Source: Candidatus Eiseniibacteriota bacterium (GTDB lineage: Bacteria > Eisenbacteria > RBG-16-71-46 > SZUA-252). Taken from it: DNA of 64,000 nt. The position numbers and the translations under genes were made by a program. Numbering within the stretch: position 1 is the first letter of the stretch; every line of letters begins with the position of its first letter. The notes beneath the pieces were generated by a model. That model was not told the origin of the DNA and ran no database searches. It was given only the letters and a program-made list of their open reading frames with translations. Shown here piece after piece: positions 45,730 through 57,871 of this stretch. The stretch is from NCBI GenBank assembly GCA_963703225.1, contig OY969801.1:416001-480000 (forward strand). The letters run 5' to 3'.

Positions 45730-48717
45730 CTAGTCGACCCACCGCGCGATGTAGAGGTTTGTCTGGTGTGATTCCGGATCGGCTCGATTGGAGGCCCAGA
45801 CGATCCAGCGCCCGTCAGGGCTGAAGTGCGGAAAGCCGTCGAACCCTGGAGCGGCGGTGATCCGCTCCGGGGAGCCGCCGCGCTTGTCGACGATCCAGAG
45901 GTCGAACTCCCGCCCGGTGGCCGATCCAACGTTCGAGCTGTAGACGATCCGGTTCCCGTCGGCCAGGAAGGTGGGGCAGAAATTCGCCGCGCCGTTCGAT
46001 GTCAGGGTGTGCGCCCCCGTACCGTCCGCCTTCATCAGCCAGATCTCGAGCGCGCTCGGGCGGACCAGCCCGCGCGTGAGGAGCCGCCGATACTCCTCCA
46101 GCTCCGCGCCCTCGGGCCGGCTTGCGCGCCAGACGATCTCGGAGCAGTCGGGGCTGTAGAACGCGCCGCCGTCATAGCCCGGCGTGCTGGTCAGCCGGCG
46201 GACCGCGCCCGCCTCGTCCATCGCGTAGAGGTCGAGATCCCCGTCGCGGATCGAAGTGAAGACCAGTTTGCCTCCGCGGTGGCACCAGGTCGCCTCGGCG
46301 TCGTAGCCCGGGGAATCGGTCAGCTTTCGGGCCTGGGACCCGTCGGGGAGCGCTTCCCAGATGTCGTAGGAATCGTAGATGGCCCAGACGTAACCGTGCG
46401 AGCGGTCGGGCGGCGGCGGGCAGGAATCGCCGCCAGCCTGGGTGGAGGCGTAGACGATCCGGTCCATCTCCGGGTAGTCGAAGTAGCCGCAGGTGGTTCG
46501 GCCCTTGCCGCTCGAGACCCGGCGCACAGCGCCGCTCGCGAGATCCATGACGTACTGCTGGTCGCACGGCGCCCCGGGGACCGTGGCCTGAAAGATCAAC
46601 GCGCGGCCGTCGGGGCTGAAGTAGGGCTCCGCGTTCTCGCCGCCGAACGTGAGCTGGCGGACATCTTGGAGATGACCCTCGCCGTCGAAGCGCTTGGCGA
46701 ACGGCTGGCCCGCGCCGACCTTGAAATCGGCCCCAGGACGCCCTTCGTAGAACGGCGAGAGGCCGGGCGCGGCGGTCGAGTCGGCCGGGAGCGCCGCGTG
46801 GCCCGGGGGAGCCACGGGAGGCGATGGCGGCGACGCGGGCGCGACGGGGGGCCCCGCGACGGCCGCCGGGGCCGGGGTCGGGCTCGGCGCCCCGCGCTCC
46901 CCCAGCGTGGCGCGGAGCGGCACCCGCGTGCTGTCCCTCACCACGACGACCTCCACCGTCTCTCCCGGCTTGTGATCTTGGAGCGCATAGGACATGTCGT
47001 ACAGGTTCTCGATTCGGGTTCCGGCGATCGAGACGATCCGATCGCCGCCGCGAATTCCGGCACGGTCGGCGGGCCCGCCGGGTCGAACGTCGGCGAGCAG
47101 AACGCCCCCTTCCGTCGCCTCCATCGCCCGGTAGTCGGGGACGGTGCCGAGGTAGGAGCCATAGCCCCGGCTATCGCCCGACATGGCCGGTGCGGAGCTG
47201 GCGCGCGCGTAGACCACCGGCCTCCCCGGGGCGAGCGCCAGATCGCCCGCGATCTCGGCTGTGAAGCGCGCGACCTTGGCGCCCCCCTCCGCGTTGACCG
47301 TCGCGGGCTTGTCGGCGGGGGAGTGATAGGCGTCGTGCGTTCCGGTGAACAGGTGGAGCACCGGAATCCCCGCGGCGTAGAAGCTCGTCTGATCGGAAGG
47401 CCCATACCCGTCGCCGTGCGCGTTGACGTTCAGGTCGACCACCTTGGCCGCGCGCTCGATTCGCTCTCTCCATTCCGGGGCCGATTCGGAGCCGAGCGCG
47501 ATCAGCTGGTTGTCGCGGAGCCTGCCGACCATGTCGAGGTTGATCATCGCCGTGACCCTGTCGAGCGGATAGGGAGGAGCCGCCACGAATCGCGAGGAGC
47601 CGGCCAGCCCGACTTCCTCGCCCGAAAATAGGGCGAAGACGATCGTGCGGTGATTCTTCGAGGAACCGAGCGACTTCTTCAGCTCGGCCGCCGCGAGAAG
47701 TACCCCGGCGCAGCCCGACGCGTTGTCGTCCGCGCCGTTGTGGATTGCGACCTCGTTGGGCCTCATGGAGTGCTCGCCGCCCATGCCGAGGTGGTCATAG
47801 TGCGCCCCGACCACGATGACCTCGCTCGCGAGCGCACCGCGACCGGGCAAGACCCCGGCCAGGTTCGCCGTCTCGACGTACTTGGCCTCGAGCGCGACGC
47901 GCCCGCTCACGCGGACGTGGGTCGATGACACCGAGCGTGGGGTCAGATCGCGGTCCACCGACTCCTGAAAGCGCTTCAGGTCGATGCCCGCGCCGGCCAG
48001 CCATTCCTCCGCGAGCGACGTCCTTATCTGAAGCAGGGGGAGCCCCACCGGGCTCTCGGGGCCGTCGTTCCGGAGCGCGGGGAGCTTGTTCTGGCCCTCG
48101 TCCTGGAGGGGACCGGTCGCGAAGATCACGGCGACGGCGCCGCGCTCTCTCGCCTGCATCGTCTTGTACCGGAGCGCCGACCAGCGGCTGGGGCGCTTCC
48201 CGTCAAACGGGGAAGCCTCGTCCTTTTCTTGCGGCTCGTATCGGAGCATCAGGGCGACCTTGCCATGGAGGTCAACGCCGTCGAGCTCCTGGTACCCGAT
48301 CGAGGGGGATTCGATTCCGTAGCCAACGAACGCGATCTCGCCCGCGAACTCGCCGGAGCTGCTCGCGCCGAGCGGGGTCCACAGGCTATCGGCAACCCCT
48401 TCGATCCTGTTCCCGGCGGTGAGGGAGACGCCGATCTTGACGGGGAATGGCTGACGATAAGAATTGCCGAACGCGGGCTTCAGGCCGGTGGCGCGGAGCT
48501 GCTTCTCGATCCAGTTCGCGGCGCGGCGAATCCCGGCGCTGCCGAGCCCGCGGCCCTCCATGGAATCGGCCGCGAGCGTATAGACGGAGTTCCTGAAGCC
48601 CGAGATCTCCTTGGCCGAGGGAGCGGACTGCGTCCTTGCCCAGAGCGGGGCATCGGTCGGGAGCGCGAACGAGCCGGCGAGCAAAACCGCGAAGCCGAGG
48701 CGGCGCATGGGGATCAC
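45730..48717 (-). CDS. M28 metallopeptidase (with PA and PDZ domains) fused to a C-terminal TolB-like PD40 beta-propeller
   Basis: MEGRGLG, GAHYDHLG, NGADDNASG, FSGEEVGL, NLDMVGR, GPSDQTSF, YLGTVPD (PDZ); GENAEPYFSPDG, GYDGGAFYSPD, FDGFPHFSPDG. Confidence 0.92.
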   Translation of the reverse strand: MIPMRRLGFAVLLAGSFALPTDAPLWARTQSAPSAKEISGFRNSVYTLAADSMEGRGLGSAGIRRAANWIEKQLRATGLKPAFGNSYRQPFPVKIGVSLTAGNRIEGVADSLWTPLGASSSGEFAGEIAFVGYGIESPSIGYQELDGVDLHGKVALMLRYEPQEKDEASPFDGKRPSRWSALRYKTMQARERGAVAVIFATGPLQDEGQNKLPALRNDGPESPVGLPLLQIRTSLAEEWLAGAGIDLKRFQESVDRDLTPRSVSSTHVRVSGRVALEAKYVETANLAGVLPGRGALASEVIVVGAHYDHLGMGGEHSMRPNEVAIHNGADDNASGCAGVLLAAAELKKSLGSSKNHRTIVFALFSGEEVGLAGSSRFVAAPPYPLDRVTAMINLDMVGRLRDNQLIALGSESAPEWRERIERAAKVVDLNVNAHGDGYGPSDQTSFYAAGIPVLHLFTGTHDAYHSPADKPATVNAEGGAKVARFTAEIAGDLALAPGRPVVYARASSAPAMSGDSRGYGSYLGTVPDYRAMEATEGGVLLADVRPGGPADRAGIRGGDRIVSIAGTRIENLYDMSYALQDHKPGETVEVVVVRDSTRVPLRATLGERGAPSPTPAPAAVAGPPVAPASPPSPPVAPPGHAALPADSTAAPGLSPFYEGRPGADFKVGAGQPFAKRFDGEGHLQDVRQLTFGGENAEPYFSPDGRALIFQATVPGAPCDQQYVMDLASGAVRRVSSGKGRTTCGYFDYPEMDRIVYASTQAGGDSCPPPPDRSHGYVWAIYDSYDIWEALPDGSQARKLTDSPGYDAEATWCHRGGKLVFTSIRDGDLDLYAMDEAGAVRRLTSTPGYDGGAFYSPDCSEIVWRASRPEGAELEEYRRLLTRGLVRPSALEIWLMKADGTGAHTLTSNGAANFCPTFLADGNRIVYSSNVGSATGREFDLWIVDKRGGSPERITAAPGFDGFPHFSPDGRWIVWASNRADPESHQTNLYIARWVD

Positions 48718-48789
48718 GGGGCCATAGTACCAGGCGCGACTCCGGGGCGGAAAGATCGCACGCCAAACGCCGGCGATTGAGGGGTAGTC

Positions 48790-50619
48790 ATGCGCGCGCC
48801 GAAGCGGCTAGGGTTGATCGGTTCCCGAAGGCATCTCGGTGAGGCAACCTCCGTGCGACGTGGCCGCGGTATCTCGCTCCTCATTTTCCCTCTGTACGTG
48901 GCGGCAGCCCTGACGTTCACCTGGCCGCTCATGACGAAATTCGATTCCGCGATCCCCTCCAGCCGTACGGCATTTGATCCCGGTCTGCAGGCGTTCCTCA
49001 TCGGATGGGATTGGCACTCGTTGACCCACGCTCCCTGGGGCGTGTTCCACGCACCCATCTTCTATCCCGAGCCGCGGACGCTCACGTACATGGACCACAT
49101 GCTGGGGGAAACCGTGCTGGCCGCGCCGGCCTTCCTGAGCACCGGCTCCGTCCCTGCCGCGTACAACCTCCTCATCGTTCTGTCGTTCGCCGTCTCCGGC
49201 TGGACCACCTACCGATTGGGTCGAATCCTCGGCGTGCCGCGGGGCGGGGCATTTCTCTCCGGAATTCTCTTCGCGTTCAGCCCCTACCGCTTCGCGAACC
49301 TCGATCTCTTGAACCAGCTGCAGACACAATTCCTTCCTCTGGGGATCCTCTTTGGGCTCCGCTACCTTCGAAAGGGGAGACTCGGCGATGCGGCCGGCGC
49401 GATCGGGACGATCGCAGCGCAGGTCTATTTTGGATGGTACTACGCGTATTTTCTTCTCATCGCGTACGGGCTGCTCGTCGCCTACGCGCTCGCCGGCGGG
49501 CTCTGGCCGGCGGCCCGACGCGATGGGGGCCGAATCGCGGGGCTGGCCGCCTTGGGGCTCCTGGCGATCGCCCCCGTGGCGATCCCCTACGCCCAGCAGC
49601 ACCTCTCGATGCCTTCCTTCCGACGAACCCTGGGCGAAGCGGCGCTCTATTCCGCGGACGTGCTCGATTACGCCCGATGGAATCCTTCGTCGAGAATCGC
49701 CGGCCTTCTGCGCCTGCCCACAGGCCCGCAGTCCTACTGGCCAGGAGCGGTCACCGTCGGCCTGGCCGCCGCGGGGACTGCGGCGGTTTTCCGTGGACTC
49801 AGGCGTCGTGAGCCAAGGGGGAGCCGATCTTCCGCGAGGGCCCGGGCTGCCCGCGCGACAATCCGCGCGGCGGTAGACCGCATGGGATTGGCTGGATACT
49901 TCCCGGTGCTCGCCGTCGTCTCCTTTCTGCTCTCTCTAGGTCCGATCTTGCAGATCGCCGGTCAGCGCATTTGGATACCGCTTCCCTACTCGATTCTCTA
50001 CTTCGTCGTCCCCGGGTTCTCCAGCCTGCGCGCCCCAGCCCGACTCGCCGTGCTCGCCCTGCTCGCGCTCACGGTCCTGGCCGGTCTTGGCTACAAGATG
50101 CTCGGGGAAGCCAACGCCGTGCGCGGACGTGCCGCGTGGCGCGGCATCGCGGCCGCCCTGATCGCGGTCGCAGGTCTCTCCGCCTGGAATCACCCCGTTT
50201 GCCTGCTCGAGATCCCGACGGCGCAGTCGATGCCCGCCATCTACCGATGGCTGGCGGCCCAGCCTGGCGCCATGCCATTCCTTGAATTTCCGGTACCCCG
50301 GGTGGACGCCGATGAGAGCGAGACCGGCTCCCTCCGCCAGTTCTTCATCCTCTACCACCGAAAGCCCCGCCTGGACGGATCCAGCGGCTTCGTTTCGCCT
50401 CGCTATCGCGAGTTCAGGTTGACGGTTCAGAGCTTCCCCGGAGAATCGGCTCTCGCCGCGGCGACCGGCATGGGAGCGCGGTGGATCGTGGTGCACTACG
50501 GCGACTACAGAGGCGCGGAACGGGAATCACTCATCGCGCGGGTCGCCAGAGAACCCCGCCTTGTGCCCCTCGCGGCGTACGGGGATGACGCCGCCTACGA
50601 GCTGGCCCCTCGTCGGTAA
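48790..50619 (+). CDS. Polytopic membrane protein, probable GT-C fold (YfhO-like) glycosyltransferase
   Basis: TWPL, APIFYPEPRTLTY, FAFSPYR, LSLGP, VPGFSSLRAPAR, LDGSSGF; many TM segments. Confidence 0.7.
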   Translation: MRAPKRLGLIGSRRHLGEATSVRRGRGISLLIFPLYVAAALTFTWPLMTKFDSAIPSSRTAFDPGLQAFLIGWDWHSLTHAPWGVFHAPIFYPEPRTLTYMDHMLGETVLAAPAFLSTGSVPAAYNLLIVLSFAVSGWTTYRLGRILGVPRGGAFLSGILFAFSPYRFANLDLLNQLQTQFLPLGILFGLRYLRKGRLGDAAGAIGTIAAQVYFGWYYAYFLLIAYGLLVAYALAGGLWPAARRDGGRIAGLAALGLLAIAPVAIPYAQQHLSMPSFRRTLGEAALYSADVLDYARWNPSSRIAGLLRLPTGPQSYWPGAVTVGLAAAGTAAVFRGLRRREPRGSRSSARARAARATIRAAVDRMGLAGYFPVLAVVSFLLSLGPILQIAGQRIWIPLPYSILYFVVPGFSSLRAPARLAVLALLALTVLAGLGYKMLGEANAVRGRAAWRGIAAALIAVAGLSAWNHPVCLLEIPTAQSMPAIYRWLAAQPGAMPFLEFPVPRVDADESETGSLRQFFILYHRKPRLDGSSGFVSPRYREFRLTVQSFPGESALAAATGMGARWIVVHYGDYRGAERESLIARVAREPRLVPLAAYGDDAAYELAPRR

Positions 50620-50671
50620 GCCGATGAATCATCGGAACCTCGGCCGTCTGTCGAGCATCTCAATCCAGAGG

Positions 50672-50700
50672 TGGAAATCCACGGTCCATTGTGATAGATT
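50672..50700 (+). promoter_or_regulatory. sigma70-type promoter of the pyr operon
   Basis: TGGAAA-N17-TAGATT with extended -10 TG. Confidence 0.5.
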
Positions 50701-50739
50701 CCACCTATCCGAGCGGTCCTCTTGGCCGCGAGGAGAGCA

Positions 50740-52385
<1,646 letters not shown>

Positions 52386-53709
52386 GGTCCTCGATCCCGC
52401 GCGCGGGATCGACCGGGCGCAGGATCTCTGGATCGACCAAGGGAAGATCGCGGGTTGGGGCGAGGACGCGCCCGCCGCGCTGCGGTCCCGGCCCGACGTC
52501 GAGGTGATCGACGTGCGCGGGGCGATCGTTTGCTCCTGGCCTGGTGGATATCCACGTCCACCTGCGGGAGCCGGGGCAGGAAGAGAAGGAGACGATCGAG
52601 ACCGGCACGCTGGCCGCGGTGCGCGGAGGGTTTACCACCGTCGCCTGCATGCCGAACACCGATCCGCCGCTGGACGAGCGGCCGAGGATCGAGTTCGTGC
52701 TCCGTCGCGCGGAGGAAGCCGGGCGCGCGCGAGTCCTGCCGATCGCGGCGGTCACGCGCGGGCAGCTGGGGGAACAGCTCACTGAGATCGAGGACCTGGT
52801 CGCGGCGGGCGCCGTCGCGATCTCCGACGACGGGAAGCCGGTGCGAAACGCCGAAATCATGCGCCGCGCGCTCGAGCTGACCCGGGATTTGGGCGTCCCC
52901 GTGATCCAGCACGCGGAGGATCCCGACCTGAAAGGGATCGGCGTCATGCACGAGGGCTGGGTGTCCACCCGGATCGGCCTCAAGGGGATTCCGGACGTCG
53001 CCGAGTCGGCGATGGTCGCGCGGGACGCGCTCCTCGCGGAGCTGACCCGCGGCCGGGTGCACGTCGCGCACGTGAGCGCCGCCCGGTCGGTCGAGATCAT
53101 TCGCAAGGCGAAGGCGCGTGGGATCCGGATGACCGCGGAGACCGCTCCCCACTACCTGGTCCTCACCGACGAAGCCGTCGCGAACTACAACCCAAACGCC
53201 AAGATGAATCCGCCGCTGCGGTCCTCGCGCGACCGGGACGCGCTGATCGAGGGCGTCGTCGACGGGACCATCGATTGCCTGGCCACGGATCACGCGCCGC
53301 ACACCGAGATCGAGAAGGACAACGACTTCGATTCCGCCCCATTTGGGATCGTCGGTCTCGAGACCGCGTTGGGAATCTACCTGAGCGCGCTGGTCGACCC
53401 CGGGCACCTCTCCATCCCCGAGCTGATCTCGCGGATGACGGTCAAGCCCTACGAGGTGCTCGGCCGCCGAGGAGGGACCCTCGCGCCAGGCTCGGACGCC
53501 GACGTCACGGTATTCGACCCATCGGGGCGGTGGACCGTCCGCGCCGCGGAGTTCGCGTCGAAGGGGCGGAATACGCCCTTCGAGGGCTGGGAGCTACCCG
53601 GGCGCGTCCTCCTGACGATCGTGGGTGGGCGCGTCGTCCATCGAGCCGGGGTTGCGGAGGTGACCGCTCGATAGCGAACCTCCGTCGCGCGTGCTACGAT
53701 GAAGTGCTC

Positions 53710-55330
53710 ATGCGATCGTTCCTCGTGGGGCCCTCCGGCCCCCGAATCTTCGGACTCGTCCTACTCGTCGCCTCCGCTGGATGCGCCTACTACAACACGT
53801 TCTACCTCGCCAAGAAATACTACCGGGAGGGGACCAAAGCCCAGGAGCACAGCCTCCTCGACACCCCGTCGCCGGACGCGGCCACCAAGTACGACCTGGT
53901 CATCCGTCAGTGCAGCAAGGTGCTGACCGATTATTCCAAGAGCAAGTACGTCGATGACGCGAACTACCTGATGGGCGCGGCCATGTACGGCAAGGGTGAC
54001 TACGACAACGCGATCGGGCGATTCGCCGACTTCCAGACAAGATTCCCCAAGAGCCCGTTCGTCGCGGATGCCCGGTTCATGGAGGGCCTAGCCCACTACC
54101 GCAAGAAGGAATATGAAACCGCCGACTCGATCATCCACGACGTCGAAGTGCGGTTTCCAAAATTTCCGAGACGCTGGGAGCTTCACTACTACGCCGGCCA
54201 GACCCAAAACCAGCTCAAGCGCTACGACCAGGCCGCGGCATCCTATGGGCGCGCGCTCGGCGTGGCCAAGACGCGCCACGAGCGCTCGGACGCGCTTCGT
54301 CGGATCGGCGACACCTACCTGCTCGCGGAGCGGCCGGATACCGCCGCGGTGGCCTACACGCAGTGTCTGAAGGTGGAGGATCGCGGGAAACAGAGGCTCG
54401 ACGTCGCCCTCTCTCGCGCCGAAGCGCTCCGCCAGACGCACCGGTATCAGGAGGCCATGGACTTCCTCCAGGACTGGAAAATTTACGCCACCGCGGAAAA
54501 TCGGGAAGGAGAGCTTGGCCTTCGACTCTATGAGTGCATGGCTCTCGCGGGGAGAATCCCCGAGGCCATCGCGGGGTATCGCGGCTTGGTCGAGAAATTC
54601 CCCCGGACCAACGTCGCCTATGAGGCCCAATTCCGCATCGGCTACCTGTACGAGGCGGAACTTCAAGATCTGGACGCCGCCGGCCGGGAGTACGACAAGC
54701 TGAAGAACCAGCCCCAGTCCCAATTTTCAGACCTCGCGGGACGCCGCGCGCAGAGCCTGGCCACGCTCCGGCACTACCGGGCCACGATGGCGTCCGATAC
54801 GACGCAGGCGCGAGCGGGGGCGGCCTTCCTGCTCGCGGAGCTCTACTACTTTCAGCTCGAGAAACCGGAGTCGGCGCTGATCGAGTACCGCCGGGTCGAA
54901 ACGGAATTCCCAAAGAGCGTCTATGCCGCCAAGTCGACCTACGCCCGTCTCTGGATCGCCGCGCACGATCGAAATGACACGCTGGGAGCGATGGCGCTCA
55001 CCGACACCATGGTGGAGCGGTACCGCGGGACCCGCTATGCGGAGTCAGCCCTCTACCTCTGGAAGCGCTGGAGCGGGCGGACCGACGAGCGGACCGCGCT
55101 CCTCGATTCGCTGGTCGCGAACCCCGACACGAGCCGGGCAAGCTCGCTGGAGCCCGAAGCGGCCGTCCCCGTCGCTCTGCCCGCGGACACCACCACCGCC
55201 GAAATGCGGCGGGGTTACGTCATGTCGTACCAGGACAGCGTCCGGGCCGACTCCATTCGAAAGGCCATCATGGAGATCCGCAAGGAGAGGAATGAAGCAG
55301 CACGAAGGAAAGGTGCCGCCGACGGAATGA
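53710..55330 (+). CDS. TPR-repeat lipoprotein (BamD-like repeats); true stop probably TGA 55328-55330 after a one-base indel near 55291
   Basis: Lipobox VASAGC followed by AYYNTFYLAKK; multiple TPRs (FQTRFPKSPF, VEKFPRT, ETEFPKS). Confidence 0.8.
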
Positions 55331-56133
55331 ATCTCGTGACCTGCTCCGTCTTCGCGAATCGCGAGGTCTCGCCGGGGAACCACCTCATCACCCTGCGGGT
55401 CCCCCGCGGTTTCGGCACGCCTCAGCCGGGGCAGTTTGTCCATCTCCGCGTGGGAGACGAGGGCGAGCCGTTCTTGCGCCGCCCCTACAGCCTGGAGGGG
55501 TTCTTCGATCAACGCGGCGTCCGCGCGGTCCGGATCTATTTTTCGGTCGTGGGCCGAGGCTCGAGGGTCCTCGCGTCCCATGCCGCCGGCACGGAGCTCG
55601 ACTTGATCGGACCTGTCGGCGTCGGCTTCTCGCCGCGGCCGCGCCGCACGCCGATCCTGGTCGCCGGCGGACGCGGGGTGGCGCCGCTCCTCTTCCTGAG
55701 CCGGCGTCTGCGCCAACGGAAACGCCCGTTCGTCTTTCTCTTCGGCGCGCGCTCGCGCTCCGAGCTTTACGGTCATCGCGAAATCCGCGGGGGCCGGCTT
55801 CACCTGGCGACAGACGATGGCTCGGTCGGCTATCGGGGGAGCGTGCTCGACCTCCTCGATCGAGAGTGGAGCGAAGGGGGTCATTCGCCGCTCAGCGGGG
55901 AGATCTTCACGTGCGGTCCGCACGGGCTCCTCCACGGAATCTCCGATTTCGCGCGCGTGCGGGGGATCCGATGCGAGGCCTCGCTCGAGGGGCCGATGGC
56001 CTGCGCGGTCGGTGCGTGCCGAGGGTGCCCCGTCCCGCTCCTGCCCGGCGCCGATTCGGGCCGTTACCCCGCGATGTGCGTCGAGGGTCCGGTCATGGAT
56101 GCCACACAGGTCGATTGGGAGCGGCTGCCGTGA
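55327..56133 (+). CDS. pyrK: Dihydroorotate dehydrogenase electron transfer subunit
   Basis: QPGQFV, LRRPYS, AGGRGVAP, ATDDGS, TCGP, MACAVGACRGC...CVEGPV. Confidence 0.93.
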   Translation: MNLVTCSVFANREVSPGNHLITLRVPRGFGTPQPGQFVHLRVGDEGEPFLRRPYSLEGFFDQRGVRAVRIYFSVVGRGSRVLASHAAGTELDLIGPVGVGFSPRPRRTPILVAGGRGVAPLLFLSRRLRQRKRPFVFLFGARSRSELYGHREIRGGRLHLATDDGSVGYRGSVLDLLDREWSEGGHSPLSGEIFTCGPHGLLHGISDFARVRGIRCEASLEGPMACAVGACRGCPVPLLPGADSGRYPAMCVEGPVMDATQVDWERLP

Positions 56134-57113
56134 AGGCTCGCCTCGGAGTCCAGATCGGGACGCTCAAGCTCCGGAATCCGGTTCTCGTGGCGTCGGGGAT
56201 CATCGGCTACGGCCGCGAGTACGAGCGGCTCGTCGCGCTCGACAAGATCGGAGGCATCGTCACCAAGACGGTGACCCTCCGCGCCCGCGCCGGGAACCCG
56301 CCGCCCCGCGTCTACGAGACTGCATCGGGAATGCTCAACTCGATCGGGATTGAGAACCCGGGCCTCTCGGGCTTCCTCGAGACCAAGGTGCCGATCCTTC
56401 GCGAGCTCAAGTGCGCGGTTGTCGTCTCGGTCGAGGGCGAAGACGTGGATGAGTTCTGCCAGCTCGTTCGGGGCGTCGACGGAAGCGGCGCGGCCCACGC
56501 GATCGAGGTCAATATCTCCTGCCCCAACGTGGGGCCCCATGGTCTCCGCTACTCGACGGACGCGGGCATGGCCCGCGAAGTGATGAGCGCCATCCGGCCG
56601 CTGACGCGCCTCCCCCTGATCGCCAAGCTGACGCCGAACGTGACCCGCATCGCCGAAATCGCGGAGGCTTGCGAGGAATGCGGCGCCGACGCGATCTCCC
56701 TTGTGAACACGTTCATCGGCATGGCGGTCGACGCGCGGACGCGGAAGCCGATTCTGGGAACGGTCATGGGCGGGCTCTCCGGGCCCGCGATCAAGCCGCT
56801 CGCTCTCGCGAAAACATGGGAGGTGGTGCAGGCGGTCGACATCCCGGTCGTGGGAATGGGCGGCATTAGCCGCCCGTCGGACGCGGTCGAGTTCCTGCTC
56901 CTCGGCGCCACCGCCATACAGGTGGGAACGGCTCTCTTCGCCGACCCCGGCCTGGCCGAGGCGTGCGTCGAGGAGATCGGCGCCGCCGTCGGTCGGACGC
57001 CGGGAGCCTCCTCCATCGACGATCTAATCGGGTCCCTGGAAGTTCCGGAAGGGCGCGGCGTCGTCCGCGCCGGCCGCGGCGTGCGGAGCACGAAAGGAGG
57101 CCGAGCCTCATGA
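56130..57113 (+). CDS. pyrD: Dihydroorotate dehydrogenase B catalytic subunit
   Basis: NPVLVASG, MLNSIGIENPG, EVNISCPN, KLTPNV, GGLSGPAIKP. Confidence 0.96.
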   Translation: MKARLGVQIGTLKLRNPVLVASGIIGYGREYERLVALDKIGGIVTKTVTLRARAGNPPPRVYETASGMLNSIGIENPGLSGFLETKVPILRELKCAVVVSVEGEDVDEFCQLVRGVDGSGAAHAIEVNISCPNVGPHGLRYSTDAGMAREVMSAIRPLTRLPLIAKLTPNVTRIAEIAEACEECGADAISLVNTFIGMAVDARTRKPILGTVMGGLSGPAIKPLALAKTWEVVQAVDIPVVGMGGISRPSDAVEFLLLGATAIQVGTALFADPGLAEACVEEIGAAVGRTPGASSIDDLIGSLEVPEGRGVVRAGRGVRSTKGGRAS

Positions 57114-57871
57114 TGTCCCCCGTCACCGATCCAAGAGAAGGAGTGCGGGTCCGCGAACGGCTGATCGTGGCGCTCGACGTGCCCGATCTCAAGACGGCGC
57201 TGGATCACATCGATCGGCTCGGCGAGTCAGTCCTGTGGTACAAGATCGGGTTGGAGCTGTTCACGGCCGCGGGCCGCGATGCGGTCGCGACGCTGGCCAA
57301 GCGCGGGAAGCGGATCTTTCTGGATCTCAAGCTCCATGACATCCCGGCAACGGTGGAGCGCGCGATTCGAGCGCTGGACGGGCTGCCGGTTTCACTCCTC
57401 ACGATCCACGCCTCGGGAGGGCCCGAGATGCTTTCCGCGGCTGCCCAGGCGGCGCGCTCCCTCGCGAGCCCTCCGCGGCTGCTGGGTGTCACCATGCTGA
57501 CGAGCCTCGACGGGACGGAAATCCCGTCGCTTTGGAATCCCAAGACCGGCCTGGAGGAAAAGGTCTTGGAGCTGGCGCAGCTCTGCGAACGCTCCGGAAT
57601 CGATGGGGTGGTCGCATCGCCGCGCGAGCTTCAGGCGCTGCGCCGTCGGCACTCGGCGCCCTTTTTGATCGTCACCCCGGGTGTGCGCGGGCCCGCCGAC
57701 GCGGCGCACGATCAGAAGCGCACGCTCTCGCTCCCGGAAGCCTTCGCGCGCGGGGCCGACTTCGTCGTCGTGGGCCGCCCGATCCTATCGGCGGCCGATC
57801 CCAAGGCGGTGCTCGCCTCGTACGAGGCCGCCCTGAACCAGCCGCTCTCCACCGAAAGGAACGATCGATGA
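57110..57871 (+). CDS. pyrF: Orotidine-5'-phosphate decarboxylase
   Basis: LIVALD, FLDLKLHDIPATV, VTMLTS, VTPGVR, VVGRPI. Confidence 0.96.
   Translation: MMSPVTDPREGVRVRERLIVALDVPDLKTALDHIDRLGESVLWYKIGLELFTAAGRDAVATLAKRGKRIFLDLKLHDIPATVERAIRALDGLPVSLLTIHASGGPEMLSAAAQAARSLASPPRLLGVTMLTSLDGTEIPSLWNPKTGLEEKVLELAQLCERSGIDGVVASPRELQALRRRHSAPFLIVTPGVRGPADAAHDQKRTLSLPEAFARGADFVVVGRPILSAADPKAVLASYEAALNQPLSTERNDR

Noticed and set aside
53275..56133. 952-aa TPR-PyrK fusion in the ORF track
   Set aside because: Removing one A at 55291-55292 gives KERMKQHEGKVPPTE-stop with an ATGA overlap onto pyrK ATG 55327. A lipoprotein fused to a cytoplasmic flavoprotein is implausible, so this is most likely an indel artefact (check reads).
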